A model generated the notes under the pieces. It ran no database searches and was not told the DNA's origin. It was given only the letters and a program-made list of their open reading frames with translations. A stretch of 33,256 nucleotides of DNA from a virus: positions 1-33,256 of the IMG/VR virus record IMGVR_UViG_3300045988_130193, one strand, 5' to 3'. Position 1 is the stretch's first letter. Each line of letters begins with the position of its first letter. Below are positions 24,353 to 32,696 of the stretch, one piece after another. The translations under genes and the position numbers were made by a program.

Positions 24353-25090
24353 CTAATCTTTGTTTACATTTTTCCATTTCATATAATAATGTTCTTGCAT
24401 CTGCATACCTAGTTTAAAACTTTCTGCCATTACTATATATCTTTTTGTTTTACTAAATTCTTTACTTACTTTTCTATTTCCTATTCTTCCATAAATACTT
24501 GCCTGTTTCCAACTGCTACTATCTACAAAATCAAAAGGAACTTCATCTAATATTTTTCTCCTTGTCATACCTAAACAATGTACTTTACAATTATATTTTC
24601 TTGCATACTTTAAAAACATCATATATTGATTATCTTTTATATCCTCATTTTTAAAACCCGTTATTGCAATTACTCTGCCTGCATAGTCTTTACACATTTT
24701 TTTATATTCTTCTATTCCTCTATTTTTATGCCACACAGGAATAATTTTATTTGATACACTTTCAAGTATCTTTCTTAATTCTAAAACTTTTTCATAACCA
24801 ATTATGTTGTCCACATCCATTTCAAAATAACCAACAATTTTTTCATTATCATTATTTTTTATAAACTCTGCATATTTTTTTGTATATTCTTCCCAATTAA
24901 CTTTTTTGCCTTTTTGGAATGAATGTGCTCCACTATCGATTATCATTAATTCACTTTTATTTAAAATAATTTCAAATATATCTTGTTTTAAATAATAATA
25001 TGAACACAATATATATTTATATTTAGGTATTAATTCATTTATTTTATTAAATTCTCCACTTGCTTCTAAACCACTTAAAAATACTTTCAT
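24353..25090 (-). CDS. dpdA: DpdA-like DNA-guanine transglycosylase (TGT superfamily)
   Basis: MIIDSGAHSF resembles the TGT 'TDSGGFQ' motif, and LGMT...FDFVDSSSW resembles the C-terminal Asp motif of DpdA. It is adjacent to yhhQ. Start taken at the ATG 25090, 1 nt after the ParB-like stop. Confidence 0.6.
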   Translation of the reverse strand: MKVFLSGLEASGEFNKINELIPKYKYILCSYYYLKQDIFEIILNKSELMIIDSGAHSFQKGKKVNWEEYTKKYAEFIKNNDNEKIVGYFEMDVDNIIGYEKVLELRKILESVSNKIIPVWHKNRGIEEYKKMCKDYAGRVIAITGFKNEDIKDNQYMMFLKYARKYNCKVHCLGMTRRKILDEVPFDFVDSSSWKQASIYGRIGNRKVSKEFSKTKRYIVMAESFKLGMQMQEHYYMKWKNVNKD

Positions 25091-25091
25091 T

Positions 25092-25601
25092 TTAATCTTT
25101 TGGTTGCTCCGCAATTTCTACTTTTTTAAAGTGAATTTTACTGTCTATATGATGGCAATGTGGGCATTCTAGTATATCTTTTTCAGGTTCTTCGTATTTT
25201 TCATCGGATAAATCGTCAACATTACTCCAGTCTATTTCATCGGTATTAAAATCAAACACACTCATATCAATATCTAAAATACTATCTAATTCTTCATCTA
25301 ACTTAGTATAGTCCCACATTGATTTTTCACTAACTTTATTATCTGCTAATCTAAATGCTTTTACTTGTTCTTCAGTTAAATCATCAGCAATTATACAAGG
25401 AATATCTTTTATTCCTAATTCTTTACTTGCTTTTATTCTTGTATGTCCTGCAATTATAACATTATCTTTGTCTATTACAATAGGTACTTTAAATCCAAAT
25501 TCTTTAATTGAATTTTTAACATATTCAACTGCTTCATCATTTATTCTAGGATTGTTATCATAAGGTATTAACTCATTTATATTTTTATATATTATTTCCA
25601 T
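25092..25601 (-). CDS. ParB N-terminal-domain (ParB/Srx) protein with a C-terminal CxxC motif
   Basis: LIPYDNNPR...IKEFGFKVPIVIDKDNVIIAGHTRIKASKELG...FRLADNK is the ParBc signature. There is no methylase domain. CPHCHH lies near the C-terminus. Confidence 0.8.
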   Translation of the reverse strand: MEIIYKNINELIPYDNNPRINDEAVEYVKNSIKEFGFKVPIVIDKDNVIIAGHTRIKASKELGIKDIPCIIADDLTEEQVKAFRLADNKVSEKSMWDYTKLDEELDSILDIDMSVFDFNTDEIDWSNVDDLSDEKYEEPEKDILECPHCHHIDSKIHFKKVEIAEQPKD

Positions 25602-25632
25602 TATTACCTCCCACTTTATTAATCTTTTAATT

Positions 25633-26046
25633 TTATTTTAACTCTGCCATTTCTAAATATTTATTATTGATTTCTTCTACATAAGATAAGGCTTTTTCCT
25701 TGCTATTATATGCCTTTGTTAAACCTAAGCCATTTTTAACTATCCATACTTGTGATACTTCTACTTCGGCATCTATGATAGTACCTTTGTCCTTTTCATT
25801 TTTAGTCTTAGTGTATTTATCTACTGCTTTTGTAATTTTAATTTTATTATATTTAATATTCTTATCTACTATTTTTTCAAATAATGCTTTCTTATAAGAT
25901 AATTCATCTAATTCTAAATATTCACATCCACATAATAAACTACCAATATTTAAAATTGCAACATTACCTTTCTCATCTTCATATTTTGCTATATCCTTAT
26001 TTACTTTTGTTATATTTTTATTAAATTTAATTAAATCTCTTTCCAT
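25633..26046 (-). CDS. Hypothetical protein
   Basis: 137-aa ORF. Confidence 0.5.
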   Translation of the reverse strand: MERDLIKFNKNITKVNKDIAKYEDEKGNVAILNIGSLLCGCEYLELDELSYKKALFEKIVDKNIKYNKIKITKAVDKYTKTKNEKDKGTIIDAEVEVSQVWIVKNGLGLTKAYNSKEKALSYVEEINNKYLEMAELK

Positions 26047-26049
26047 TTT

Positions 26050-26439
26050 TTATTTTCCTCCTAATTGACTTGTTTCTTTTAGTCTTCCTTTTAAATTATC
26101 AAACACTTCTTTTGTAGGTATAAATATTTGAGGTATCTGATTAATTCTTCGTAATTCTCTCCAATACTTTCGCTCTTCTTTATCTTTTATACTTGCTATG
26201 TTTATTGTTCTTGATTTTATAATGTCATACAAAGGCTCAGTTTTAGGTACACTTCCTAATTTCTTTTTAAATTCAAATAAACCTAATTGCATAAACTCTT
26301 TATATGAGATGTTTTCATATCTACTACAATAAAAAGCATAGGCTTGGTCTAAGTCTTCTTGATAAGCGAAGCAAAATATTGTCTTATTGCTTGTTTTTTT
26401 GCTATAATTATTCTTTATTTCCCTCACTGGGAGTATCAT
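26050..26439 (-). CDS. Hypothetical protein (start uncertain)
   Basis: 129-aa ORF overlapping the upstream gene by 32 nt. Weak RBS. Confidence 0.4.
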   Translation of the reverse strand: MILPVREIKNNYSKKTSNKTIFCFAYQEDLDQAYAFYCSRYENISYKEFMQLGLFEFKKKLGSVPKTEPLYDIIKSRTINIASIKDKEERKYWRELRRINQIPQIFIPTKEVFDNLKGRLKETSQLGGK

Positions 26440-26878
26440 CTAGTCCTTTGCTAATAATCTGTCCTAATTTAGAACTAAATAATTGTAGTTGCATAGGCTG
26501 TTCTGCTTCTGGTATGTTATCAATACCCATATCATCAAATAAATCTTTTATATTCTTGCCGAATAATTTTTCTATCATTTCATTTAATATGATTGCTTCT
26601 TCTAATTGAATATAAAATTTTTCATATTCTTGGTAATTAGTTTCATCATAAGTTATATGACCTTTTCCATCATCTTTTTTGATTATAAGGTCATTTTTTG
26701 TTATTCCTTGTTTACTTAATTCTTTATACATATTAAGTCTTGCTGTTGCTACTATTCCTTGCAATTTTTCAGCCATTTCAATTGTTCTTTTGAACTCAAT
26801 AGATACTTCTTTTTTATCTTTGCTAGTATATACTAATTTGTAAGTATCTAAATCAACTTTAATAAATTCATATTTCAT
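26408..26878 (-). CDS. Hypothetical acidic protein (start trimmed to MKYEF...)
   Basis: The ATG at 26878 is preceded by TGGAGGA. The track start is a TTG inside the RBS. Confidence 0.5.
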   Translation of the reverse strand: MKYEFIKVDLDTYKLVYTSKDKKEVSIEFKRTIEMAEKLQGIVATARLNMYKELSKQGITKNDLIIKKDDGKGHITYDETNYQEYEKFYIQLEEAIILNEMIEKLFGKNIKDLFDDMGIDNIPEAEQPMQLQLFSSKLGQIISKGLDDTPSEGNKE

Positions 26879-27050
26879 TTTATCCTCCAATTCTAAAAAA
26901 GTTAGAAACTATCAAACTCACTAAAGACAAACTCATAATTTCACAAGATTTTAAGGGAGAACAAAGACACAGCGCGCGTAATTATGGTAATATATGTATT
27001 TAAAAGAAAATAAATTAGTTTTTACTTGTTCTCCTACTTTTCCGCCTACT

Positions 27051-27079
27051 ATTATAGCATAATTATTTCTTTATTGCAA
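27051..27079 (-). promoter_or_regulatory. Promoter (cassette copy B)
   Basis: Minus strand reads TTGCAA (27079..27074), 17 nt, TGcTATAAT (-10 at 27056..27051). Confidence 0.65.
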
Positions 27080-27254
27080 CTAAATTATTACATCTTATGC
27101 AATATACTTCTTTTTTGCTGTTAGTCATAAATAAACTTTTTTTATGACACTTAGGGCATATTTCTTTTGGCTTTCTATTGTATGTATTATGTATTTCTTT
27201 TAATTTATCTTTTTCTTTTTTTCTTAATATTTTTCTTTCAATATTTTGGCTCAT
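27063..27254 (-). CDS. Small zinc-ribbon protein
   Basis: 63 aa with CPKC...CIRC. Its 3' end carries the promoter cassette. Confidence 0.55.
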   Translation of the reverse strand: MSQNIERKILRKKEKDKLKEIHNTYNRKPKEICPKCHKKSLFMTNSKKEVYCIRCNNLVAIKK

Positions 27255-27409
27255 TATCTATCTCTTCCTTTCAATTCTTCATCTATATCTCTTATCTGTT
27301 TAGCAAAATATTCAGTATAAAATTTATCTTTAAATTGCTTTGCCAATTTATACCTTTCTAAAAAGGATTGTCTTATCTTTAATAGTTCTCTTCTTCTATG
27401 ATGTTCCAT
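27254..27409 (-). CDS. Small ORF, 51 aa (not in track)
   Basis: MEHHRRRELLKIRQSFLERYKLAKQFKDKFYTEYFAKQIRDIDEELKGRDR. TAATG coupling at both ends. GAGG RBS. Confidence 0.45.
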   Translation of the reverse strand: MEHHRRRELLKIRQSFLERYKLAKQFKDKFYTEYFAKQIRDIDEELKGRDR

Positions 27410-27654
27410 TATTTTTCCTCATTATTCCATCCTAGTTCTTCTACTTGTTTGTTTATTGCTTGCAATAACTTAATATCAAAACTACTTGATTTATTACCTT
27501 CTCTATAAACTTTCACAACCTTATGATTCAAACTAAATTGTATTTGTGGGGTATATTTACCTGCTTTTTGATAATATATATCATCTAATGTTTCTTCAAA
27601 AAAACATTCATTATACTCATACCCCATCTCTTCAAACATCTCTTTAGCAGTCAT
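27409..27654 (-). CDS. Hypothetical protein
   Basis: 81-aa ORF, coupled. Confidence 0.5.
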   Translation of the reverse strand: MTAKEMFEEMGYEYNECFFEETLDDIYYQKAGKYTPQIQFSLNHKVVKVYREGNKSSSFDIKLLQAINKQVEELGWNNEEK

Positions 27655-27947
27655 TATTTATCATAATTCTCCTTTTCTATTATCATATTAATTGTACTTG
27701 CTTCCCCATTGTTAGGATTAAAGAACTCTATTGTAATTAAATTATCATTTATTGTTATTTCTTGAAAATTAGTCTGTTCTATATATCTTGCTATTCTTTC
27801 TGCTAGTATTACGCCATTCTCTATAACATTATTTTCATAATTAAATTTTTTAAACGATATATCATCAGGTGTGCTATTTTCTTCATCTATTTCCACACCA
27901 TAACAATTGTATTTAACTTTATATTTTGAATAAATATTTATATTCAT
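27654..27947 (-). CDS. Hypothetical protein
   Basis: 97-aa ORF, coupled. Confidence 0.5.
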   Translation of the reverse strand: MNINIYSKYKVKYNCYGVEIDEENSTPDDISFKKFNYENNVIENGVILAERIARYIEQTNFQEITINDNLITIEFFNPNNGEASTINMIIEKENYDK

Positions 27948-28141
27948 TTTTCATCAAATCTCCATTCTATATAACTTTTTAAATACCTTATTTGTATTGT
28001 TATTTTATGACTATTAATTTCTAATATAGTCCATTCTTTTTGCCCTATATAATGAGTTGCTCCTTTTGTGCTTGACATTATGTTATCTATAATTGAGCCA
28101 ATAGTTGAATAATTTAAACTAGTATTATTTATTATTTTCAT
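27944..28141 (-). CDS. Hypothetical protein
   Basis: 65-aa ORF with ATGA overlaps. Confidence 0.45.
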   Translation of the reverse strand: MKIINNTSLNYSTIGSIIDNIMSSTKGATHYIGQKEWTILEINSHKITIQIRYLKSYIEWRFDEK

Positions 28142-28344
28142 TTATTCCACCTCTTAAGTATCTCATAGCAACTTGTCATTTCATTTCTAGTTCTGCTGTC
28201 TGTTGACATCTCCATTTCTTGCTTTATTGAATGTAAGCAAAATGATATATCTTCTTTTAATTCTTTATTTTCTTTTTCTAATTGATTTATATAATCTCTA
28301 GTCTTTAATTGTGCAGTTCCTACAAAGACATATTCTTTATTCAT
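28138..28344 (-). CDS. Hypothetical protein
   Basis: 68-aa ORF with ATGA overlap. Confidence 0.45.
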   Translation of the reverse strand: MNKEYVFVGTAQLKTRDYINQLEKENKELKEDISFCLHSIKQEMEMSTDSRTRNEMTSCYEILKRWNK

Positions 28345-28890
28345 TTATTCCACCTCTTTTAACATATTTAATGCTTCTTCTATGTATTGTTCTATGTAAA
28401 CTTCTTCTCTTCTTCTTATATCTAATTCATGAAGCCCCTTTTTTAATTCTTCTATTGCTTTATCAATTACTTCTTTGTATTTTTGTAAAATGTCATCTGC
28501 TTCATCAAATTTATCTTCGCCAAGATTATTGCATATCCTTGCTAATCTATCTTTTTCATCTTCTAAATACTTTATAAACTCTTTTTGTTGAGTTATTAAT
28601 TTAGGTATATCTCCTATTGGTATTCCACAACAAGTTGTTAAACAATCTTGCTGTAAAACTTTATCTTTTGTTAATTCATGTGATAATATTTTATTTGTTG
28701 CTTTATATTCTTCAAGTTGTTTCTTTAATTCTTGATTTTCTTTTAATAAACCATCTAAATCAAGACATCTATATCCTTTACAATAAGGCTGTCCACAATT
28801 ACATTTAACAACTCTGTATCGTTTTTCAAATTCTTCTTCTGTTATTTTATCTATTTCACATCTTTGTTTTATAAATTCTTCTCTAGTCAT
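28345..28890 (-). CDS. Hypothetical Cys-cluster / coiled-coil protein
   Basis: 181 aa. KCNCGQPYCKGYRC cluster followed by long coiled coils. Confidence 0.5.
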   Translation of the reverse strand: MTREEFIKQRCEIDKITEEEFEKRYRVVKCNCGQPYCKGYRCLDLDGLLKENQELKKQLEEYKATNKILSHELTKDKVLQQDCLTTCCGIPIGDIPKLITQQKEFIKYLEDEKDRLARICNNLGEDKFDEADDILQKYKEVIDKAIEELKKGLHELDIRRREEVYIEQYIEEALNMLKEVE

Positions 28891-29187
28891 TTAATCATCA
28901 CTCTCTACTTTCTTAGTTAAATCAATTGTTACTTTGTTAATAAATAGTCCAATACCAAATAAAAGCATTGCTTCACAATCCCATTTGTCAGGACAGCCTT
29001 TTATCTTTTTCATATCATCAACACTAATTCCAAATAATTTACCATTGTTTCCATTAACCTCAAATCCCCATATTTCTTCAGTTTCTCCACATCCACATTC
29101 TTTCGTATCATATTCATAACCATAGTAGAAACCATAGTTTGTTGTTGTTAATACTGCATAATCATCATTAATTATTATATCAATCAT
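28891..29187 (-). CDS. Hypothetical protein
   Basis: 98-aa ORF. Confidence 0.5.
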   Translation of the reverse strand: MIDIIINDDYAVLTTTNYGFYYGYEYDTKECGCGETEEIWGFEVNGNNGKLFGISVDDMKKIKGCPDKWDCEAMLLFGIGLFINKVTIDLTKKVESDD

Positions 29188-29540
29188 TTGTTATCACTTC
29201 CTTCTAGTTCTTGCATTTTTTTAATTACATCTCCCAATCCATCAGAAAGACCTGTTTCATAAGAACCAAGACCATAAGTGCCTTCTTCATATTCTTTTAA
29301 CCATTCTTTTAACTTATTCCAATTATCTACTTGTTTTTCATATTTAAAAGCCCATTGTAAATCACAATCCAATTTTTCTTTTAATTGTTTGTTTTCTTGT
29401 TGTAAATCTTCTATGAATTTTAATAATATATATATTTCAGCATAAATAATATCGCTGTCTCCTATAAATTCATAAGAACCGCTTTTTACTAATGAATTAT
29501 TTTGTAAGATTTTAATAGTTTCTTTTACTACCTCATTCAT
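29184..29540 (-). CDS. Hypothetical coiled-coil protein
   Basis: 118-aa ORF. Confidence 0.5.
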   Translation of the reverse strand: MNEVVKETIKILQNNSLVKSGSYEFIGDSDIIYAEIYILLKFIEDLQQENKQLKEKLDCDLQWAFKYEKQVDNWNKLKEWLKEYEEGTYGLGSYETGLSDGLGDVIKKMQELEGSDNK

Positions 29541-29832
29541 CTTTCCACTCCTTAATCATTAGAATAAAATTTATTATTGCTATAATACCAATAACCCCCA
29601 ATATAATTAATGGTATATATAATATAAACATTTAATCATCTACTTTCTCTACTAGTCCATCTTTTATTAAGTCGCATAATAAATCTATTATTTTCATTTT
29701 TTCTTCCTCTCCAATCTTTTATATCCATTTATCATGTCTAATTCTTGATGTAATTGTTTTATTTCTTTTCTTGTTTGTTTTATTAGTTCATTTTTTAGAT
29801 ATAATAATTTCTTTATTTCTTTTTCACGTGAT

Positions 29833-30054
29833 TTAATCTTTATTTCCTTCCTCTAATTCGTTCATTTTATCTAATAACTTAAATTGGTCTACCCATTGAC
29901 AACCATCACTTGTATTGTAATATATTGAATTATTTTTAATATATTCTCTTAAACTATTCCAGTTGGATTGTAATTGATTGTTTTCTTCTTTTAAATTATC
30001 TAATGTTTCAATTATATCTTTACCTGTATCATTATCTATTAATCTATAACTCAT
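29833..30054 (-). CDS. Hypothetical protein
   Basis: 73-aa ORF. Confidence 0.45.
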   Translation of the reverse strand: MSYRLIDNDTGKDIIETLDNLKEENNQLQSNWNSLREYIKNNSIYYNTSDGCQWVDQFKLLDKMNELEEGNKD

Positions 30055-30059
30055 CTATT

Positions 30060-30197
30060 TCACCTACATTTATTTTCAATCCATATTCTCGCTAAAATAT
30101 AAATAATAATCACATTGTAAGCGTTAAGTTTATGTGCAATATAACAAAATGTTAAAGCTGATATAAATATCATTATTTCTTGTTTTAAAGTTTTCAT
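30060..30197 (-). CDS. Tiny membrane ORF, 45 aa (not in track)
   Basis: MKTLKQEIMIFISALTFCYIAHKLNAYNVIIIYILARIWIENKCR. ATGA overlap with the upstream stop. Weak RBS. Confidence 0.35.
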   Translation of the reverse strand: MKTLKQEIMIFISALTFCYIAHKLNAYNVIIIYILARIWIENKCR

Positions 30198-30475
30198 TTT
30201 TCTTCGCTTACCTTTTCTACTAAATCTGCTTTTATTAAATCTTTAATATATTTCTCATCCACTGTTACAAACATATCATCATAATTTTCAGTTATTCTTC
30301 TTGTTTCAAGTTCTATTTCAATAGTTACATAATAATCTACATTTTTAGAATAAATCATTTCACCTTTTACATCGTTGCCTGTTACTTCTGTCGTTCTATT
30401 CCACCAATCTTCTTGGAGTTTATAACCATACTTTTCTAATTCTTTTAAATCTACATTATCTTTAATCTTTAACAT
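30194..30475 (-). CDS. Hypothetical protein
   Basis: 93-aa ORF. Confidence 0.5.
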   Translation of the reverse strand: MLKIKDNVDLKELEKYGYKLQEDWWNRTTEVTGNDVKGEMIYSKNVDYYVTIEIELETRRITENYDDMFVTVDEKYIKDLIKADLVEKVSEEK

Positions 30476-30648
30476 TATCTTTTTCCCTCCTTATCTTCAT
30501 ATTCTATAGGTATTCCATAAATTGTTTCTACCACCTCAACAAAATCATCTTCAATTATTATTTTTGTATGTGGATGATGATTATTTTTTATATATTCAAT
30601 TAATGGCTGTGCCAATTCTTTTATTTTTTCTATTTTTTTATCTTTCAT
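30475..30648 (-). CDS. Small ORF, 57 aa (not in track)
   Basis: MKDKKIEKIKELAQPLIEYIKNNHHPHTKIIIEDDFVEVVETIYGIPIEYEDKEGKR. AGGAGG RBS. TAATG coupling to the next gene. Confidence 0.5.
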   Translation of the reverse strand: MKDKKIEKIKELAQPLIEYIKNNHHPHTKIIIEDDFVEVVETIYGIPIEYEDKEGKR

Positions 30649-30660
30649 TATTCTTCCTCC

Positions 30661-30864
30661 TTACCACTTATAAGTCAACATTAGATATAATATATAAATT
30701 AATATCGTTGCTAAGACTAATAAATTAATTATAATCAAATATGCTTTTATATCTTCTTGTTTATTCTTTTTTAGTGTTCTTAATTGTTCTCTTTCAGTCT
30801 TACTTGTAGGGAATTCTTTTTTTAATTTCCACATTTGATATTTACTTATCTTTTCCGGTTTCAT
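30661..30864 (-). CDS. Small membrane protein
   Basis: 67 aa with a C-terminal TM helix. Confidence 0.45.
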   Translation of the reverse strand: MKPEKISKYQMWKLKKEFPTSKTEREQLRTLKKNKQEDIKAYLIIINLLVLATILIYILYLMLTYKW

Positions 30865-31370
30865 TTTATCCTCCTAAAATCTTTGCAAGCCTCTGTATTT
30901 TTCGTTATTCTTATTTTTCTATATCTACAATAATATGTTGGTATCGAATTACTTTTTACTTGCCTTTTTTCTAATAATCTGCAATTTTTACATCTATCTT
31001 TTATTTCTTTTTTCTCTTCTGATATTATAATTCTTTCTCTAAGGTCGTTTTTCTTATCATATTTAAGTGTTTTCATTAACTCGGTAATACTTAATATATT
31101 CTCTTTTTTTACTAAATATTCGGCGCAATAGGTATGTATTTCATTTCTTAATGAAGTATCTTTGCCATTATCTAATGCTTGATGACATTTAATACATAAC
31201 ATAACCCCATTCTCTTTACAGCCTTTTCCACCATGTGCTCTTGATAAGAATATATGTGCTATTTGCAAAGCCCCATTATTTCCACAAAATACACACCTAT
31301 TATTATCTCTTTTTTTTATATACTTTCTTGTTTCTTTATCAAACTCGCAAAATTGACTTCTTATACTCAT
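30861..31370 (-). CDS. HNH endonuclease
   Basis: CVFCG...AHIF..(GG)..NGVMLCIKCH is the HNH beta-beta-alpha-metal motif. There is an extra C-terminal Cys cluster. Confidence 0.8.
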   Translation of the reverse strand: MSIRSQFCEFDKETRKYIKKRDNNRCVFCGNNGALQIAHIFLSRAHGGKGCKENGVMLCIKCHQALDNGKDTSLRNEIHTYCAEYLVKKENILSITELMKTLKYDKKNDLRERIIISEEKKEIKDRCKNCRLLEKRQVKSNSIPTYYCRYRKIRITKNTEACKDFRRIK

Positions 31371-31570
31371 TATCTTACCTCTTCAAAAAAATCTTTTATT
31401 TCGGCATTATTGTCTATACTTTTTGTTATAGCATATGCTGTTGTTTTTTTGCATAATGTTGCTTGATTATATATACTATTCATATACTGTCTAGTTATTC
31501 CAACTTCCTCTGCTACTTTTGCTTGATTTAATTTTATTTTATCAAATTTTTCTTTTTTAAATCTATACAT
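31370..31570 (-). CDS. HTH (XRE/Cro-like) DNA-binding protein
   Basis: LNQAKVAEEVGITRQYMNSIYN is a helix-turn-helix motif. 66 aa. Confidence 0.6.
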   Translation of the reverse strand: MYRFKKEKFDKIKLNQAKVAEEVGITRQYMNSIYNQATLCKKTTAYAITKSIDNNAEIKDFFEEVR

Positions 31571-31793
31571 CTTTTTCTTCCTTTCTCTTTAGAATATACT
31601 TTTTAAAACTGCAAGTTTTACCATAAATATTCTTTTTTGTTACCCATTCTTCATCAAATTCTATTCCATACTTATTTTTTATGTCGAATATTCTGGCACT
31701 TAACCTAGTTATAAATAATTTTGAATAACTTTCATAAGTAGTTATGCTTCCATGTTCATTTAGGTATTTAATTATCATTTCATTTTGTGTCAT
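31563..31793 (-). CDS. Winged-helix DNA-binding protein
   Basis: IIKYLNEHGSITTYESYSKLFITRLSARIFDIK. The 'RLSARI.DLK' pattern recurs in small phage wHTH proteins (from memory). Confidence 0.45.
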   Translation of the reverse strand: MTQNEMIIKYLNEHGSITTYESYSKLFITRLSARIFDIKNKYGIEFDEEWVTKKNIYGKTCSFKKYILKRKEEKDV

Positions 31794-32382
31794 TTTTATC
31801 CTCCAAATATTCTTTTACTAATTTCATTGCCATTTCTTCATTTACTGGCAATTTATAGAACTTTCTTTTTTCTTCTCTTAAATGTGTACCACTTACAAAT
31901 GATAATGGCATGTGATAACTTTGCTCATAGGCTATCTTATAAAGGTTAGTTTGATATGCTACATATTCTTTATCAAAAGTGGCTGTTCTTTTAAAATCAT
32001 TTACCCCTCTTTCACCATTCATTTCTATTATCTGGTCCAATCTACCTATTGCTACTGGAACATCATCTAGAAACAAGATTACTGGTATCTCTGAGGCTAT
32101 TACTTGCCATTTATAATGTTTCTTTAAGAATATGTAATTTTGAAGTTCTCTATTATTAAGGTCATTTATGCCATCTTCTTCATAATCTTGAATCGCTTGG
32201 TGCATTTCAGTACCTTTTTGGCTTGCTACTTCAAGTATTCTTTCATCTATTCCTTGATACTTATTTCCAAATTTCTTTTTTAATATTGTTGTTATAGAGG
32301 GAAGAATAATTCCATTACATATATAAAGATGACTATCTTCCCAATATTCTATAACATAATTACCTATAGTCCATGTTTGCAT
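31780..32382 (-). CDS. PD-(D/E)XK nuclease (RecB/Cas4-like recombination exonuclease)
   Basis: LPSITTIL...GTEMHQAIQ...GRLDQIIE...VNDFKRT fits the motif order of PD-(D/E)XK phage exonucleases. It is adjacent to erf. Confidence 0.55.
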   Translation of the reverse strand: MQTWTIGNYVIEYWEDSHLYICNGIILPSITTILKKKFGNKYQGIDERILEVASQKGTEMHQAIQDYEEDGINDLNNRELQNYIFLKKHYKWQVIASEIPVILFLDDVPVAIGRLDQIIEMNGERGVNDFKRTATFDKEYVAYQTNLYKIAYEQSYHMPLSFVSGTHLREEKRKFYKLPVNEEMAMKLVKEYLEDKNDTK

Positions 32383-32696
32383 TATTTAATTTTGATTAAT
32401 AATGAACTTTTAACTGGTGTGAATTCTACATAAGTATCATATAAATCAGGTAAATCTTTCTTGAACTTTGCTGTTCTAAATGTTTCTCTTTCTGTTGGTG
32501 CTTTATAAGTAATACTAATATTTTCATTTTCTAATTTTAAGATATTTTTCTCTTCCATTTCTTTTAATAAGATTTCTCTTATCTTTTCTTTTTTCTCTTT
32601 TAATGCTTTTTCTTCCTTGTCAATTAAAATTAATTCATCTGCTATAGTTTGTCTTAATTTAAATTCTTCCATTTCCTTTACTATTAAATTATTCAT
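32382..32696 (-). CDS. Hypothetical coiled-coil protein of the recombination module
   Basis: 104 aa, start/stop-coupled between erf and the nuclease. Confidence 0.5.
   Translation of the reverse strand: MNNLIVKEMEEFKLRQTIADELILIDKEEKALKEKKEKIREILLKEMEEKNILKLENENISITYKAPTERETFRTAKFKKDLPDLYDTYVEFTPVKSSLLIKIK

Noticed and set aside
26400-26445. Overlapping ORFs 26408..26890 and 26050..26439 as a displaced G/GT tail-chaperone frameshift pair (slippery G GGA AAT at the overlap)
   Set aside because: A -1 shift on GGGAAAT runs straight into TAA. The downstream ORF is in the +1 frame. Neither protein shows a chaperone motif I can recognise.
26990-27045. A preQ1 riboswitch in the leader upstream of the dpdA/yhhQ operon (AAAAACUAA tail resembling preQ1-I)
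   Set aside because: There is no adjacent 5-bp P1 hairpin with the C-containing loop required for class I. The leader is also about 2 kb from yhhQ. It is kept only as an unclassified structured leader.
168-31466. All plus-strand ORFs in the track (for example 3777..4094, 6097..6507, 8075..8449, 23915..24349, 28311..28577)
   Set aside because: They are Leu/Ile/Phe/Ser-rich, low-complexity mirror frames of well-supported minus-strand genes. They lack RBSs and show no recognisable motifs.
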